A stretch of 62,673 bases of DNA, the filler included, from Choristocarpus tenellus KU-1152 (taxonomy: Eukaryota; Protista; Phaeophyceae), in the NCBI GenBank assembly GCA_964200185.2. It is 12 parts of 12 records of this genome, joined end to end, with 100 filler letters (N's around TTAATTAATTAA, not from the genome) between each part and the next. Parts side by side here need not be neighbours in the genome. Positions count along the whole stretch, not along the records: positions 48,969 to 55,581 come from CAXNAD020007752.1; positions 55,682 to 59,117 come from CAXNAD020020039.1; positions 59,218 to 62,673 come from CAXNAD020019915.1; 9 more parts are not named here. One strand, given 5' to 3'. The stretch's first letter is position 1, and each line of letters starts with the position of its first letter. A model generated the notes under the pieces. It saw only the letters and a list, made by a program, of their open reading frames with translations, was not told the origin of the DNA and did no database searches. Positions 51,250 to 62,673 of this stretch are shown here, piece after piece. The translations under genes and the position numbers were made by a program.

Positions 51250-54095
51250 ATGTTGAGAATACACGGGATCAAGTTGTTTCATCATGGACGTAAACCCAAA
51301 TGCAGAGTGAGTAGTACGGGGTGTGAATGTGATGTTAGCATAGCTATCGCAAAGGGTAACTTTGGAAGAGGGTTATAGCACCTGGTTTCTTACTCCTAGA
51401 TCCTCTGGCATTGCCGATGGAAATGTTAGGGCCAGGCAATGGCATTCATTTCGTATCTGCTATGTTCATGACGTGATAGGGAAGGTGTATTGTTTTCTGA
51501 CTGAATCTGTGCGATAATAGCTAGCATTGAAGCAAGTAATTGTGCTCAAAACTGGAGGGCATGGTAAAGGCAATAGTTCTAAGTGGTGATTCATAAATGC
51601 CACCTATAGTAGTAAGATCTGGAACTCATTAAATCTCTGGGTGTTTCATTATTGAATTATATTCAGCTCAGGCAATCACTCATCTTGCTAGTAGTCCAAT
51701 GTATTAAATCAAATACTGTAATGGACAATCAAAGCCAGTGATTCAGACATTGTGACTATCCATTAGGGTGTCTTCTGCCGCCTGTGTTCTTGAGTATTTT
51801 AAAGCCAATACCTCATCCAGATAAGGTGAGCTTATCTCGTCACTGTAATATCACGTGTTAATGTGTCCGATCACTGGATCTGGAAAATGTTGATGACATC
51901 AAACATGCACATGAAATGAAACGACACACACATATGCACAAGCAAGCAGCAATTTCCTGCTTTCAATGACCCTACTGAAGTAAATTTTGACAAGAGATGG
52001 AAGGTTTTTGCTTTCCTTCCCCAAGTACATGCTATGGAGCGAGACCTTAACCCTCTTACTCGGTCACAAGCTTTTAGCCTGGCACCGTTCATCTGCACTG
52101 CATATCCTTTCCCCGGATGCGAATCAAGTACTCAGAGACTGCCATAGTCAAGCAACTTTATTCCACCTTTAACAAATCGGTCAACCTGAAGACTTTCAAG
52201 ACGAAAACATGCCTTTTCCACATGGTCTTCCAGGAAAGGAGTGATTCCTTTTTCAGGACTCAGACCAGGGAACCTCCGGCAGCATTGAGTCTCCTTTTAG
52301 AGGCTTTACTGCTGGTGAAGAAGGATACTTCTAAAAAGTATTACCACAGAGAGGATACCGTGCGGATCACTAGTATAGGGCAAAACACTCCTGCCCGTTG
52401 AAGTTGCCTGGGACATATGGATAAGGGTCAAAGTATCTTGGGGAGGGGGGTGGTTTGTGAGGGGGCGTCCGTTTCGATCAAACATCTCTTTTTTTTCATG
52501 ATATTTTAAATCCGACACGTGCGACCAAATCACACCAAAAAGTGAAAATCGAAAAAAGGGTGAAAAACGGACACCGACACCCCCCCCCAAATACTTTGAC
52601 CCATAAACCTGACCTATCCCTGAGAATGAATATTTAACTTGGGTGCTGTGGCTCTTCATCGCTACACAAAACAACATAAAACAACATAAAATGCATGCAC
52701 ACATTGAAGTTGCCTAGGACATATGGATAACCTGACCTATCCCCGAGAATGAATAATCAACTTGGATGCTATGGCTCTCCATCGCTACGCAAAACAACAT
52801 AAAACAAACAAAAAATGCACGCACACATGCAATCCAACTGTCAACGAATTTGCGTGAATGGAAGCGGCAAGGAGTCAGCTATAGCTTTGATAAGGCAGGG
52901 TCTCCAAAAGCTTGTCTCGGGTAGACTCAGACTTATCCGTTAAAGCTTCCACAGAAAAGAAACCATAGAAGACATTACTATCCTTTCAGCTACTTTTTTC
53001 TGTGCATCCTTAGCAGTTGAGATCAAGAACACTTGACACGCTACTACCCCCTCTAAGGTACGCCCTGTTGAAGTTGATTCCAGCAGGAGAATGTTATCCT
53101 TACCAAGATGGCGAGCATGATATACAAGCATGATATCTTCAGACAAAGAAGGCAGAAGCATCTAATGGAACGTATCAAGAGTGCTGAAATATATGAGACA
53201 TGTTGTTCTAAAGTCAAGGTCATCAATCCAGTATGGAGACATAGGGGAGACGGAGGAATGGCTAGGGTTGAGGCAGGAGGCCTCCTGCAAAACAACTCCT
53301 CATGGTCGGGGGGCAGACATGTATAAAACTCATTTATGGCACTAACATGTAGAGTACACAAAAGACAATGGTCGGGCGACCGTGTGAGTATGTAACCAAG
53401 ATGTAGGTAGTCCTTCCCCTTCTGGCTGCTCATATACATGAGACCCTCTTCTCTCGAGTAAAATGAAGAAGATATTGATAAGGCAGGTCTACTCATCCCT
53501 AGAAACATGACCAGGCCCTTACCATTTGTTGTTCGTTGTTCAACATATCACGACCATATATCGCATGCCCCCCAAGCACTCTGCCTCAGTGTTTCCCCCC
53601 CCTCCCACCACTCATTCCGGTGCGGGTATTCACGTCCATGAGGATCAAAGAAATTATCCTTGGTAGGTATTCGTTGCTCGACAGTGTGCAGATTCTACCA
53701 ATAAGTCTGCTTCGCTGCCTTTTCGACATCTTTTGTTGGGGTATATCCCACGATAAAGAAAGCTATAATCCCATGTGGAAGAATTGCATGTTCCCAGTAG
53801 CCAAAACTTTATCATCTACTGAGATACTCTACCTCGTAGATGGCCTGTTTTGGGATTGACTCTTTATCCACCAGTCCCACTCCATGGCGATGTGGCCTTT
53901 ACCGAAAACACTCCACTAATAATAAGACTGGACATATTAGAGATTTCAAGACAAGATACTCCGTCTTGCTTCATTTCTTGGAATCCAATAACATCGCACC
54001 CACAGTACCGAATTCGTTTCAACAATTCGTCTCTGTGCCCTATCACAATTTCATCCATTCGCTGTCATCATGGTTCGTACGTTGGAGATAGTGAC
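51250..54095 (-). mobile_element. Degenerate non-LTR retrotransposon (RTE-like; APE endonuclease plus RT traces)
   Basis: APE motifs in order: ISNVRTM, CDVIGFQEMKQDG, HGVGLVDKESI, VGYTPT, LMDVNTRTG, LGYILTR. Only faint RT traces at about 51400-52100; many stops and frameshifts. Confidence 0.75.
52425..52602 (+). mobile_element. MITE A', complete, TSD ATAA, inserted in one unit of a tandem duplication of about 124 bp
   Basis: ATAA|GGGTCAAAGTATCTTGG ... CCAAATACTTTGACCC|ATAA; the uninterrupted sister unit lies at about 52704-52828. Confidence 0.93.
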
Positions 54096-54779
54096 TGTCA
54101 GCTATATCTCTGTTTCGAGATTCCCGAAACATTGCACCCTCTCTCCTGCGCCTAGACTTGCGAGAATACCCCTCCCTCCCTCTTTCAAGCTTCATCTTCT
54201 CTCTTGCCTGTTCTTCACTATCTCTGTGTACAGGCCTATCACCTCTCACTCCATGACCCATCCCACCTTCAACGATTTTTGTTGTGTCTCGCCGTCCAAT
54301 CCTCCACATATTCTTCCACAGGCGTGCAGAAGAACCGTTACGTCAGTCACACTCTTCATGTGTTGATCCAACACTTCCATACGGTAATATAGTACTATAG
54401 TACTATAGTACTATTATTATGCCCTCTGACATTTTATAGTACTATTATCATAATGATGAGTAGTACATACACGTTTATAGCCCCTAATACATGGACGGAT
54501 AAATATGAAAAAGTTAGTCCGATGTGGTGGAACAAATGACAACACAATATACAGTAAAGGTTTTACAAGGATGGATATATCTTGATGGCGTGCCACTATT
54601 TGTATTTTTGTTATTAATTGGATTGAGGTACTTCCAAAGAAATATCTCCTTCAAAGTCCTACGACATAACCCCTCTCAAATTCGCACCATTTTGCCTAGA
54701 GAGTGTGGGTGAATCATAGGTGTTCCTAGTTAAACAGTTTTTCTCTTTCCCAATTAGCTCCAACAGAGGGAGCAGAAGG

Positions 54780-55256
54780 ATGGCGAGAAGCTGTTGGTAT
54801 ATTGGCGGATTCTTTATCATTGCTCTTGCGACGAGGGCGTTTTGCGTGTTGGAGCCTACTTTCAACAGAAGCCAAGAAACGGTCAGCATCGATTCCTGCA
54901 CAGCTCTTCGGGATAGTGTAGCTTTGGGTGACAACTTAGTGTACGTCCTTCAAAAGAGCATCGTATGTACCACCCCTGTAGTGGTCAAAAACGGACAGAC
55001 TGTCGTAATTAAGTCCGAGGCCAAGGACTCTTATGGGATTGCGGTGGGGAAGGGTTTTGTCGACTATACTGGAAACAGTTCGACTAGTCTCCTCATCAAT
55101 GCTGAGAGGGGCTCGTTGACGCTCCAGGGCATAATATTTACAGGAGGAGACCTCCTGAACGGAGTTGCCCGAGGCATCCTGAACCACGGTACCCTGCACG
55201 TTGACCTATGTACATTCAATTCCTTTAACTTCGCATCTGCCCAAGATGGAGGAGCG
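54780..55256 (+). CDS. Secreted polymorphic-membrane-protein/adhesin-like beta-helix protein, first exon
   Basis: Signal peptide MARSCWYIGGFFIIALATRAFC; GSLTLQGIIF, ILNHGTLHVDLCTF..N, and DGGA|GTGAGA (FxxN/GGA repeats typical of Pmp-like proteins, which are abundant in brown algae). Confidence 0.7.
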
Positions 55257-55510
55257 GTGAGACATAAGGGGAGGGAAGACATATCTTTAATCAGGGTTCC
55301 CTGGTGCTCTTTTTTTGTTCATTGTCGTGTAGTCTCTTTGTGCTGGTTGAAAATCAGGACAACACCACTAGTTCGGGGCCCTGAAACACTTCGCTCGCTT
55401 GGCATCCTACCCACCCTTAACCTTTGAATCAACTTCACAAATACCTTCCTGTCAGCTATGCCTCAGCCCCCCCGTAGCACTCCATAAGGCTCGATAATGT
55501 TGTCATTGTT

Positions 55511-55581
55511 GGGTCAAAGTATCTGGGGGGGAGGGGTGGTTTGTGAGGGAGCATCCGTTTCGGTCAAACAACTCTTTTTTT
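55511..55581 (+). mobile_element. MITE A' left part, truncated
   Basis: GGGTCAAAGTATCTG(n)AGGGGTGGTTTGTGAGGGAGCATCCGTTTCGG, matching 52425. Confidence 0.8.
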
Positions 55582-55681
55582 NNNNNNNNNNNNNNNNNNN
55601 NNNNNNNNNNNNNNNNNNNNNNNNNTTAATTAATTAANNNNNNNNNNNNNNNNNNNNNNNNNNNNNNNNNNNNNNNNNNNN

Positions 55682-55696
55682 CAGATAGTTTGACCC
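55682..55696 (+). mobile_element. MITE A terminus at contig start
   Basis: CAGATAGTTTGACCC. Confidence 0.55.
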
Positions 55697-56202
55697 AAAA
55701 TCTATAAAGAGCCGGAGCGATCGATTGCAGCATGTTCCGGAAACTTTGTACCACGTGTGTATTTTTATTCATATTTATACATGTATGTATCTGCATTTTG
55801 TGGTACACTTACTAAGAACTAAAAGGTGGAGGTAGGAGGACTCGAGGGGGGAGGACCAAGCCAACCTCTGAGCAATCTTTCCCACAGGGGAGGGGGCGGA
55901 GTGTCCGGGTGTGAAGGTGGAGATGCCTGCTGTCTAGACAAAATCGTATGAAGAACCTTCCTAAGTATTGTTGGGGAGGATGGATGTTACCACAAATAAC
56001 AGGTTAGGTTGGTTTATGGTTTATGGTGGGAACTGGGCATAAAAATACCTCTCATATCTGTACACGTGTATACAAATATTAAAAACATATATAAATAAAA
56101 ATATATATATAAATATTAAATATATATATGTGTGTGTGTGTTTGTAAGTATATGGGCGGATGGATTTATTTTTGTATATTAATGCAAAATGCCTCCGGTT
56201 AG

Positions 56203-58520
56203 GAAAGAGATGGAGATCAAGGAAATGACCTTAAGGGAGGACATGGAGGTATCCCTGGAGCGGAGGATTAGAGAGGCCAAGGGGGCACTAGAAGGGAGCA
56301 GTATCAAGGCAAAGGACAGTCTCAGGAGAATGCTGCAGGCAAGGACCATGGCATGTATTTATTTATTTTTTACAGTGGAAATACTCTTTTTTTTAGTGGA
56401 AAACGTAGTTCTCTCTCTATATATATATACTATTTTTTATTATATAAATGAGTGATCCAGAATACATACATACATACATACATACATACATAAATAAACA
56501 TATATTTTTTCGTGGTGTACACATATTTTTTCTTATATATATATATATATACTATTTATTTATTTTTTTCTAACGGTATTGCCGGTGTCCACACTGGCTC
56601 TGGTGGCGGGCCAGAGCTAGTGAAGAGCTTTCCCTCCCTCATCCAAAAAGAGTTGAACCGGATCCTGTTCAGGAGGCAGGGAATCTCATGTTGCACCCTC
56701 CTTGTGATCCTGGCATCATGGGCTGCTAGATTGTGGACCTCTGTGGCAGGTGCAGGGGTTGTTGTTACCCCCCAGGCTAATTATCCTCGTGAACAAATTC
56801 CCGCCAAGTCTTCTGAAGGAACTACTGTAGAGAGGAGGGTGTGGACGGACGGACGGACGGACGGATGGATGGATGGATGGATGGATGTACCTTCTGGTTG
56901 TACCTGTTGCCAAGTGTTGACTTCGACGAAACCACAAAGAATGACCTTGACAAATATCCGATCGATCAAGGAGGCCGAGTAGGTAGGCTGCCGCTGAGCT
57001 ATGAGCAGGCTGATACGGGTATCCTATGTTGTGTTGACTGAGATGGATTGAATAAAAAAAACAGGTCAAGAGAATTTTGAGAGGGCAATCGACCTCAGAA
57101 ATCAAAGGAGTTAGGTCCAATTCGTTGTGTATTCTTGGGCATACATCCAATTGGTTATATATGTATCTGTGCTATACACTCCTCTCGTGGTGGCCCTCAC
57201 TGCTCAATTCCTTGCAAGCCTCCCAGGTATATTGAATATTGAATATTGAATCAAACGTACACTGCTCACGGAACTTTTTTTTTTGCAATTCGAAACAGCA
57301 ATGCTCTACATCTCAAGCAAATGGGAGGGTGAATTCATTGGGTAGCTTCACCTTCACCCTCACCTTCAATTTTGACATCTTTCTAACCTGTTCAGGGAAT
57401 TCGCATTACTCCAGTATCACTGTTGAAGAGTAGGTGCTCTGCTGCTGCAGCGGAGGCGTGAAAGCGTACCCACTAGGAGGACTCTTTTGATCCTTGTAGC
57501 TACAACCTCGACAAACACCTTCATGGTTAGGGTTAGAGCTATATAGCTACAACCTTCGAAGGTTCTATGCGCCTTTGGTTAAGCAAGGAGAAGAAGTTTT
57601 ACTGTATGGGCTAGCTAGGATTAGGGTTCACGTGGTAGGGGGGAGAGGAACTGGAGCTTATAGCATGAACAGGGGCAGCCAAATCCTAACCCTAACCCTA
57701 AGCCAAATTCCGCCTACGGCAGACAGACTCAGACATGTAACAACGAAAAGTGTTTTTTCCTATCTCGACGCGTCGTGCGTTTTAACCTGGAGGCACCAGG
57801 GAGATGGGCAAGGTGGGGCTTGTTAGATGTTTGGGAGGCTTTCCTGGGTCCTAACCCTGTGGTATAGGGGGCTAGGCTAGGTTGGAGGCTTAGAAGGGTA
57901 GTGGTGTAGTTAGTATAGGTGGTAGTAAAATGGTGAATAGATTTTGGAGAGATATGTTTCACACTTGTGACAACCAGTGGCTTCTCTCGAAGGGGATTTG
58001 ACTTTTCATTCATTGTTCGGATGACACGCCTGCAGAATGTCAGAGGGCGTAAGAATATACATAAAATATATATATATATATTAAGGATTGACGAGCGAAA
58101 AGGTACCTTGTTTTTTTTTAATCTTTTATTTGTACAAGAATGACACATGAGGGTACCTTCTTTTTTTATCTTATATTTGTAAAAGATTGATCAATGAAGG
58201 TACCTTGTGTTTTTATATTTTTATCTTTTATTTATGTGGGATTGATACGCGAAGGTACCTCGTTTTTTTTCCTTTTACTCACGAACGATTGACAAATGAA
58301 GGTACCCTATTTTTATCTTTTATTTATGCAGGATAAAAAAAAAAAGTTTTTTTTTGTGTGTGTGTGTGTTATCTTAAAACCGTCAGGCGCAGTCCAAGTC
58401 TGCGTTGTCAAAGCTCCGAGACAAGACTATGGCTGAGCGAGATCAAGCAGTGAAGGCCCTCCAGGAGGAAGGGAGGAATAGGATGGAGGAACAGATGACA
58501 GCCCTGGGCAAGACTGCCAT
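56203..58520 (+). CDS. Unknown coiled-coil protein, two internal exons
   Basis: Exon 56203-56338 (KEMEIKEM...RRMLQ|GCAAGG) joins phase 0 to 58387-58520 (AQSKSALSKLRD...|GTGAGC); E/K/R/A-rich helical composition. Confidence 0.6.
58084..58333. repeat. Diverged intronic tandem repeat of about 50 bp, 5 copies
   Basis: Recurring GATTGA..GAAGGTACC-T-rich unit. Confidence 0.85.
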
Positions 58521-59217
58521 GTGAGCACAACATACGCAGGAGAGCTCTTGCTTTTTCCACCTAGAGATGACCACCTAGGCCTAGAGATGAACTCTGCAAT
58601 AGGCAGTCAGAAAGGGAGGGGCACTGGTCAGTGATAAATTTTTTAAAAAGTGAGAATCGTTCCATTTTGGGGGGGGGGATGGACGGGTGGATGGATTGGT
58701 GAGTGGTTGGATGAATGAACTACTCTTTTCAGTATTATTATTATTATTATTGATATGTGATACCTCTTACCTCTCCTTTTCTCTTCTGGCAATTGGTTTT
58801 AGAGTTGCTGGAAGAGAATCAATGTTATTGATATGTGTTCATTGGTACGTGTTTACATATGTTTATTTACTATCATGGATGGATGGATGGTTGGATGAAA
58901 TGCGGGATGTATATTGCAGAATTTTCTATTGTTTTAGTTTACTTGTTACATTGAACATTTTATTCTATCAACGTTGTATTGCTGTAGAAGGTACTCTTGA
59001 TTTCTCATTCAATTTTTTTTACGAAGGGGGGGGGGGGGGGGGGGGGGGGACAACACATAAACACAAAAAAGAAATTAGTGAGCGCAAACTTTCTTTTTTT
59101 TTTTTTAAGAAAACATGNNNNNNNNNNNNNNNNNNNNNNNNNNNNNNNNNNNNNNNNNNNNTTAATTAATTAANNNNNNNNNNNNNNNNNNNNNNNNNNN
59201 NNNNNNNNNNNNNNNNN

Positions 59218-59620
59218 GCTAGCTGCCTGTATACATTCCTCTTACCTTGGTAGACCACTACAGTCATACCACAGCTAGCTGCCTGTATACATTCCTCTTA
59301 CCTTGGTAGACCACTACACACTTCTGTATATAACACAGCACTATCCTGAATTGGATTTTGAATGCACCACTGCAGGATACAATATAAATATAAACATTAA
59401 AAAAAATTGTAAGAAAAAAACACTTCTGACTGAATAACTTAAGACAAAAAAAACTGGGAAAAATTATGCTAACCAGTTAATGACGATCTTGGTAGATAGC
59501 CATGACGCTATGTATTATACCATCAATATACATATATACTGATTAACGGTATATACTCCACAGTACATACCATCAATATACATACATACTGATTAACGGT
59601 ATATACTCCACAGTACATAC
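59218..59620. repeat. Two local tandem duplications (57 bp x2; 50 bp x2)
   Basis: GCTAGCTGCCTGTATACATTCC... at 59218 and 59275; ATACCATCAATATACATA...CAGTAC at about 59517 and 59567. Confidence 0.85.
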
Positions 59621-60376
59621 ATACCATCATACCGCTCTGCTGATATTGGACAAAACAAAATGGGTACCCTCGGCAGCTCAAAAAGAAGAGCAATTTTTCT
59701 TCTAATCATACATGAATAGAGCCAGTTAGAGTCAGTTCAGAGAGGGGGATCTCAACGGACTACAAAAATAGCAAGTGGAAAAATCCGTTCTACGAGATAA
59801 TGGAATCATAAAACTAAAAATGTTGAAGTGTCAGGGCTAGGGTTAGGGTTTAGGGAAATGGGTCAGAAATAAAAACAAAAAAATGTTGAGTAGCTCGCAG
59901 TAGAAAACAAAACAAAAAAATGGACAGTTACGTACAAGGCAACCTCAGCTGTTGAAGTAGTAGCACCAAGACCTTTACACTAAAACAAAATAAAAAAAAT
60001 ACTACTATAAAAAATTCTTGTGGTAAAGTGTGTGGATTGACAAGTTACTTATGTTCACTTTTAATTTCTTTTTAAGTCTGAGTAAAAAAGAACAAAAAAA
60101 ATGAATATATATTTTTTCAAAAATTACAAATTAATGAGACTTTAATAACTTTTGTATGATAGTAATAATAATGATGATAACAATAATAACAAACACATGC
60201 CCCAAAAAAGAGATGTATTGTACTGGAATCACAATTCACAACAATAAAAAAATAATATATATATATGTATGTATATCACTCAAAGAGGGAAGGAGAACAT
60301 AAACCTTTGAGTGAGATCAATTACTTAAAAATACTTCAAAGTAGAATGATTACAATGAAATAACATTACTCACAAT

Positions 60377-60503
60377 CCCTAACCCTAACCAACCCTAACC
60401 CTAAACCACACTAACCTCCAACCCTCTACTGCAGAAGAAGGTGGGTACTATTGGAGCGAGAAGTACTTTCTAATCCTAACCCTAACCCTAACCTTAACCC
60501 TAA
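60377..60503 (+). repeat. Interstitial telomere-like (CCCTAA)n patches
   Basis: Degenerate CCCTAA runs here and at about 47176, 57684, 59837 (TTAGGG strand), 61013 and 61207. Confidence 0.75.
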
Positions 60504-60509
60504 TGTCCG

Positions 60510-60626
60510 CCTTCACTCCAAAGTATACTTCACTTCAAAGTATACTTCACTCCAAAGTATACTTCACTTCAAAGTATACTTCACTTCAAAGTATACTTCA
60601 CTTCAAAGTATACTTCACTCCAAAGT
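60510..60626. repeat. 17-bp minisatellite CTTCACTYCAAAGTATA, about 7 copies
   Basis: Direct tandem copies without spacers. Confidence 0.92.
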
Positions 60627-61647
60627 AAGTAAAGTATACCAGAAGGGGGTAGGTAGGTTTGATCCCGAAGGCCTTGTCAAAAAATAATAATAATGACCCT
60701 TCGCTACTGTGTTGAAAAAAAAAGAAAAGTACATGTATTTTATTTGTTTGGTTGCTGTGCCTGTGGTCACCCTACACTAAACCCTCCAGATAGAGGTATA
60801 CCTTCAATTGTCGTTGTTATGAGATTGAAGGGATGGACAAGTGATAAAAATAAACAAAAAGAAGGCTAATATTTTCAGATCCCTATCACTCAACCATAGT
60901 CCCACTCCAGAAAAAAAAATCAACTCTTTGAAACCCCGTCAAAAAAATAATATATATTTTTTATCAGCTTGACAGCAAATTTTGAACAGAGCCTCTCTAC
61001 ATCAAAGGGTTGCCCTAACCCTAACCCTAAACCCTAATGAAAGAAAAGAATCAGTTGATCAGAGGGTCATGATGATGGTGTCATGAGACAATATGTATTG
61101 GTGTATACAATTGGATTGTTGGTGTGCTCCCCAGACAAGGCAAACAACTGTGTAACCTAAAAATTAAATAGCTGATAAAATTTCCCCCATGTTAGCAAAC
61201 AGTCAACCCTAACCCTAATCCTATCTTGACACAACTCACAAAATAGAAAAAAACAAAAATAACTGACTTGGGTTTTGTATTATAACTTCTTTTTGGACAA
61301 CCTGACCTGGGTTTTGAAGCACACAAATCTTGCAAAAAATTATATATAAATATTTAATAATATATAGTATAAATCTATATAAAATATAAATATGACTTTC
61401 CTCTCTCTCGTATGTGATCTATCCACTCCATTGGCTGCAGAAAACAAGGAAGCCATTTACACTGGATAAAATAATAATAATAATAATAACCAAAACACAG
61501 TGAACATACACAAAAAGTATGTATATATATGCAAACAAACCTTATCAAAAACATAAAACACACACACACACACACACAATAAATGTTCTACCTCTACACC
61601 TCTACTATAATTGACACAATTATCATCCTTGTAAGGGGACAACTCAC

Positions 61648-61770
61648 CTGGCGATCAAAGAATATATCCCTCTGTGTGATGAGATAGGAAGCAGTGAGAA
61701 AGTCCTGAGTTGCTGCCACCAACGGCTCCCCATTTCTAGGTGTCATCAAGTTGTAAGGCACTGCCATAAG
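61648..61770 (-). CDS. RPC1: RNA polymerase III largest subunit, single internal exon
   Basis: CAG|[41 protein letters not shown]|GTGAGT. The NL.TP..GEP..AATQDF signature is RPC1-type rather than RPB1 or RPA1. Confidence 0.85.
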
Positions 61771-61854
61771 CTGTATAAACAACAAGCAAGCAAGTTGATA
61801 GATATAGTTAATATGCTATTGATATAGTTAAGCTTCATTATCAATTGCACGTAT

Positions 61855-62155
61855 TCATACATACAGTCATTACATACAGTCATTACATACAGTCATGACA
61901 TACAGTCATTGCATACATTCAATACATACAGTCATTGCATACATTCAATACATACAGTCACTACATACAGTCATTACATACATTCAATACATACAGTCAA
62001 TACATACAGTCATTGCATACATTCAATACATACAGTCACTACATACAGTCATTGCATAGAGTCACCACATACAGTCATTGCATACATTCAATACATACAG
62101 TCACTACATACAGTCATTGCATACATTCAATACATACAGTCATTACATACACACA
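61855..62155. repeat. Compound minisatellite (CATACAGTCA/CATACATTCAATA units)
   Basis: Tandem 12-13-bp variants upstream (minus-strand sense) of the RPC1 exon. Confidence 0.92.
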
Positions 62156-62337
62156 CACATGGGACAGGCAAATTGCACTGGACAGACGGCAATACTATGA
62201 AATTTACTATGAAATTTACTATAAAATTTTCCATGGCATTATTATGATATTTACTGCGACATGTACTACGAACTCTTCCAGTTCACTTCCAAAACGTGAC
62301 ATGAAAACAAGCTATCAACAACACTTGTTCAAGGGGG

Positions 62338-62673
62338 AGGGGGAGGGAGAGAGGGATAACGTCTAGCCCAAAATGTTTGGTTATCACTTCGCTGCACCAA
62401 CCACATTAAATAAACACCAACCGCTATTGGCCAAGAATAGAGATACAGTGCCACACTCTATGTTCTCTTGAGGACACCGGAAGGGCAGAGACAGGAGCAC
62501 ACACACTCACCATACAGACATATAGAAAAACAGTATTCAGCGACAAAAAAATAAAAATAATGCAGAAGTTCGGTCCTATGTGAGGCATGCCATTTGGGAG
62601 GGGGAGGGAGAGAGGGATAACGTCTAGCCCAAAATGTTTGGTTATCACTTCGCTGCACCAACCACATTAAATA
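62338..62673. repeat. Direct repeat of about 76 bp (about 261-bp period)
   Basis: AGGGGGAGGGAGAGAGGGATAACGTCTAGCCC...CACATTAAATA at about 62338 and 62599 (second copy reaches the window edge). Confidence 0.85.

Noticed and set aside
58084-58333. CRISPR-like regularly spaced GAAGGTACC motif
   Set aside because: The intervening sequences are homologous to each other; the context is a eukaryotic intron and there are no cas genes.
5344-59217. Recurrent palindrome TTAATTAATTAA, and any gene-neighbourhood story across it
   Set aside because: Always embedded in identical N runs; it is a synthetic six-frame-stop linker, so cross-contig adjacency and ORFs ending in X...LIN are artefacts.
60510-60626. 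CRISPR array or coding repeat (ORF 60451-60687)
   Set aside because: No unique spacers; it is a simple minisatellite that happens to stay open in one frame.
61909-62366. Repetitive His/Thr-rich ORFs
   Set aside because: Translations of the CATACAGT minisatellite on the strand opposite RPC1.

Overview
Eukaryotic, intron-rich DNA, not one continuous locus. Twelve contigs are joined by an artificial 100-nt linker (N44-TTAATTAATTAA-N44), so neighbours across linkers are not biologically adjacent. Gene content and style point to a stramenopile, probably the brown-algal lineage (inference). Host genes whose exons join in frame: a complete 8-exon Golgi-type sulfotransferase (27940-35415, +), 3' exons of a four-domain voltage-gated Na/Ca channel, seven N-terminal exons of an outer-arm dynein alpha-type heavy chain, one RNA polymerase III RPC1 exon, the first exon of a secreted Pmp/adhesin-like beta-helix protein, and fragments of three unknown genes. 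The dominant signal is a transposon system. About 25 MITE copies or fragments from several families with different cores share a terminus (about GRNYS-AAAGTATCT), a subterminal GTCCRTT motif and 4-bp target duplications. The window also holds a spliced, pseudogenised Sola2-type transposase whose downstream frames carry two Tudor-like modules. Relics of hAT, Harbinger, pogo, Tc1-like and RTE-like LINE elements, a foldback element and several minisatellites fill the rest. All calls are by-eye motif recognition; no searches were run.
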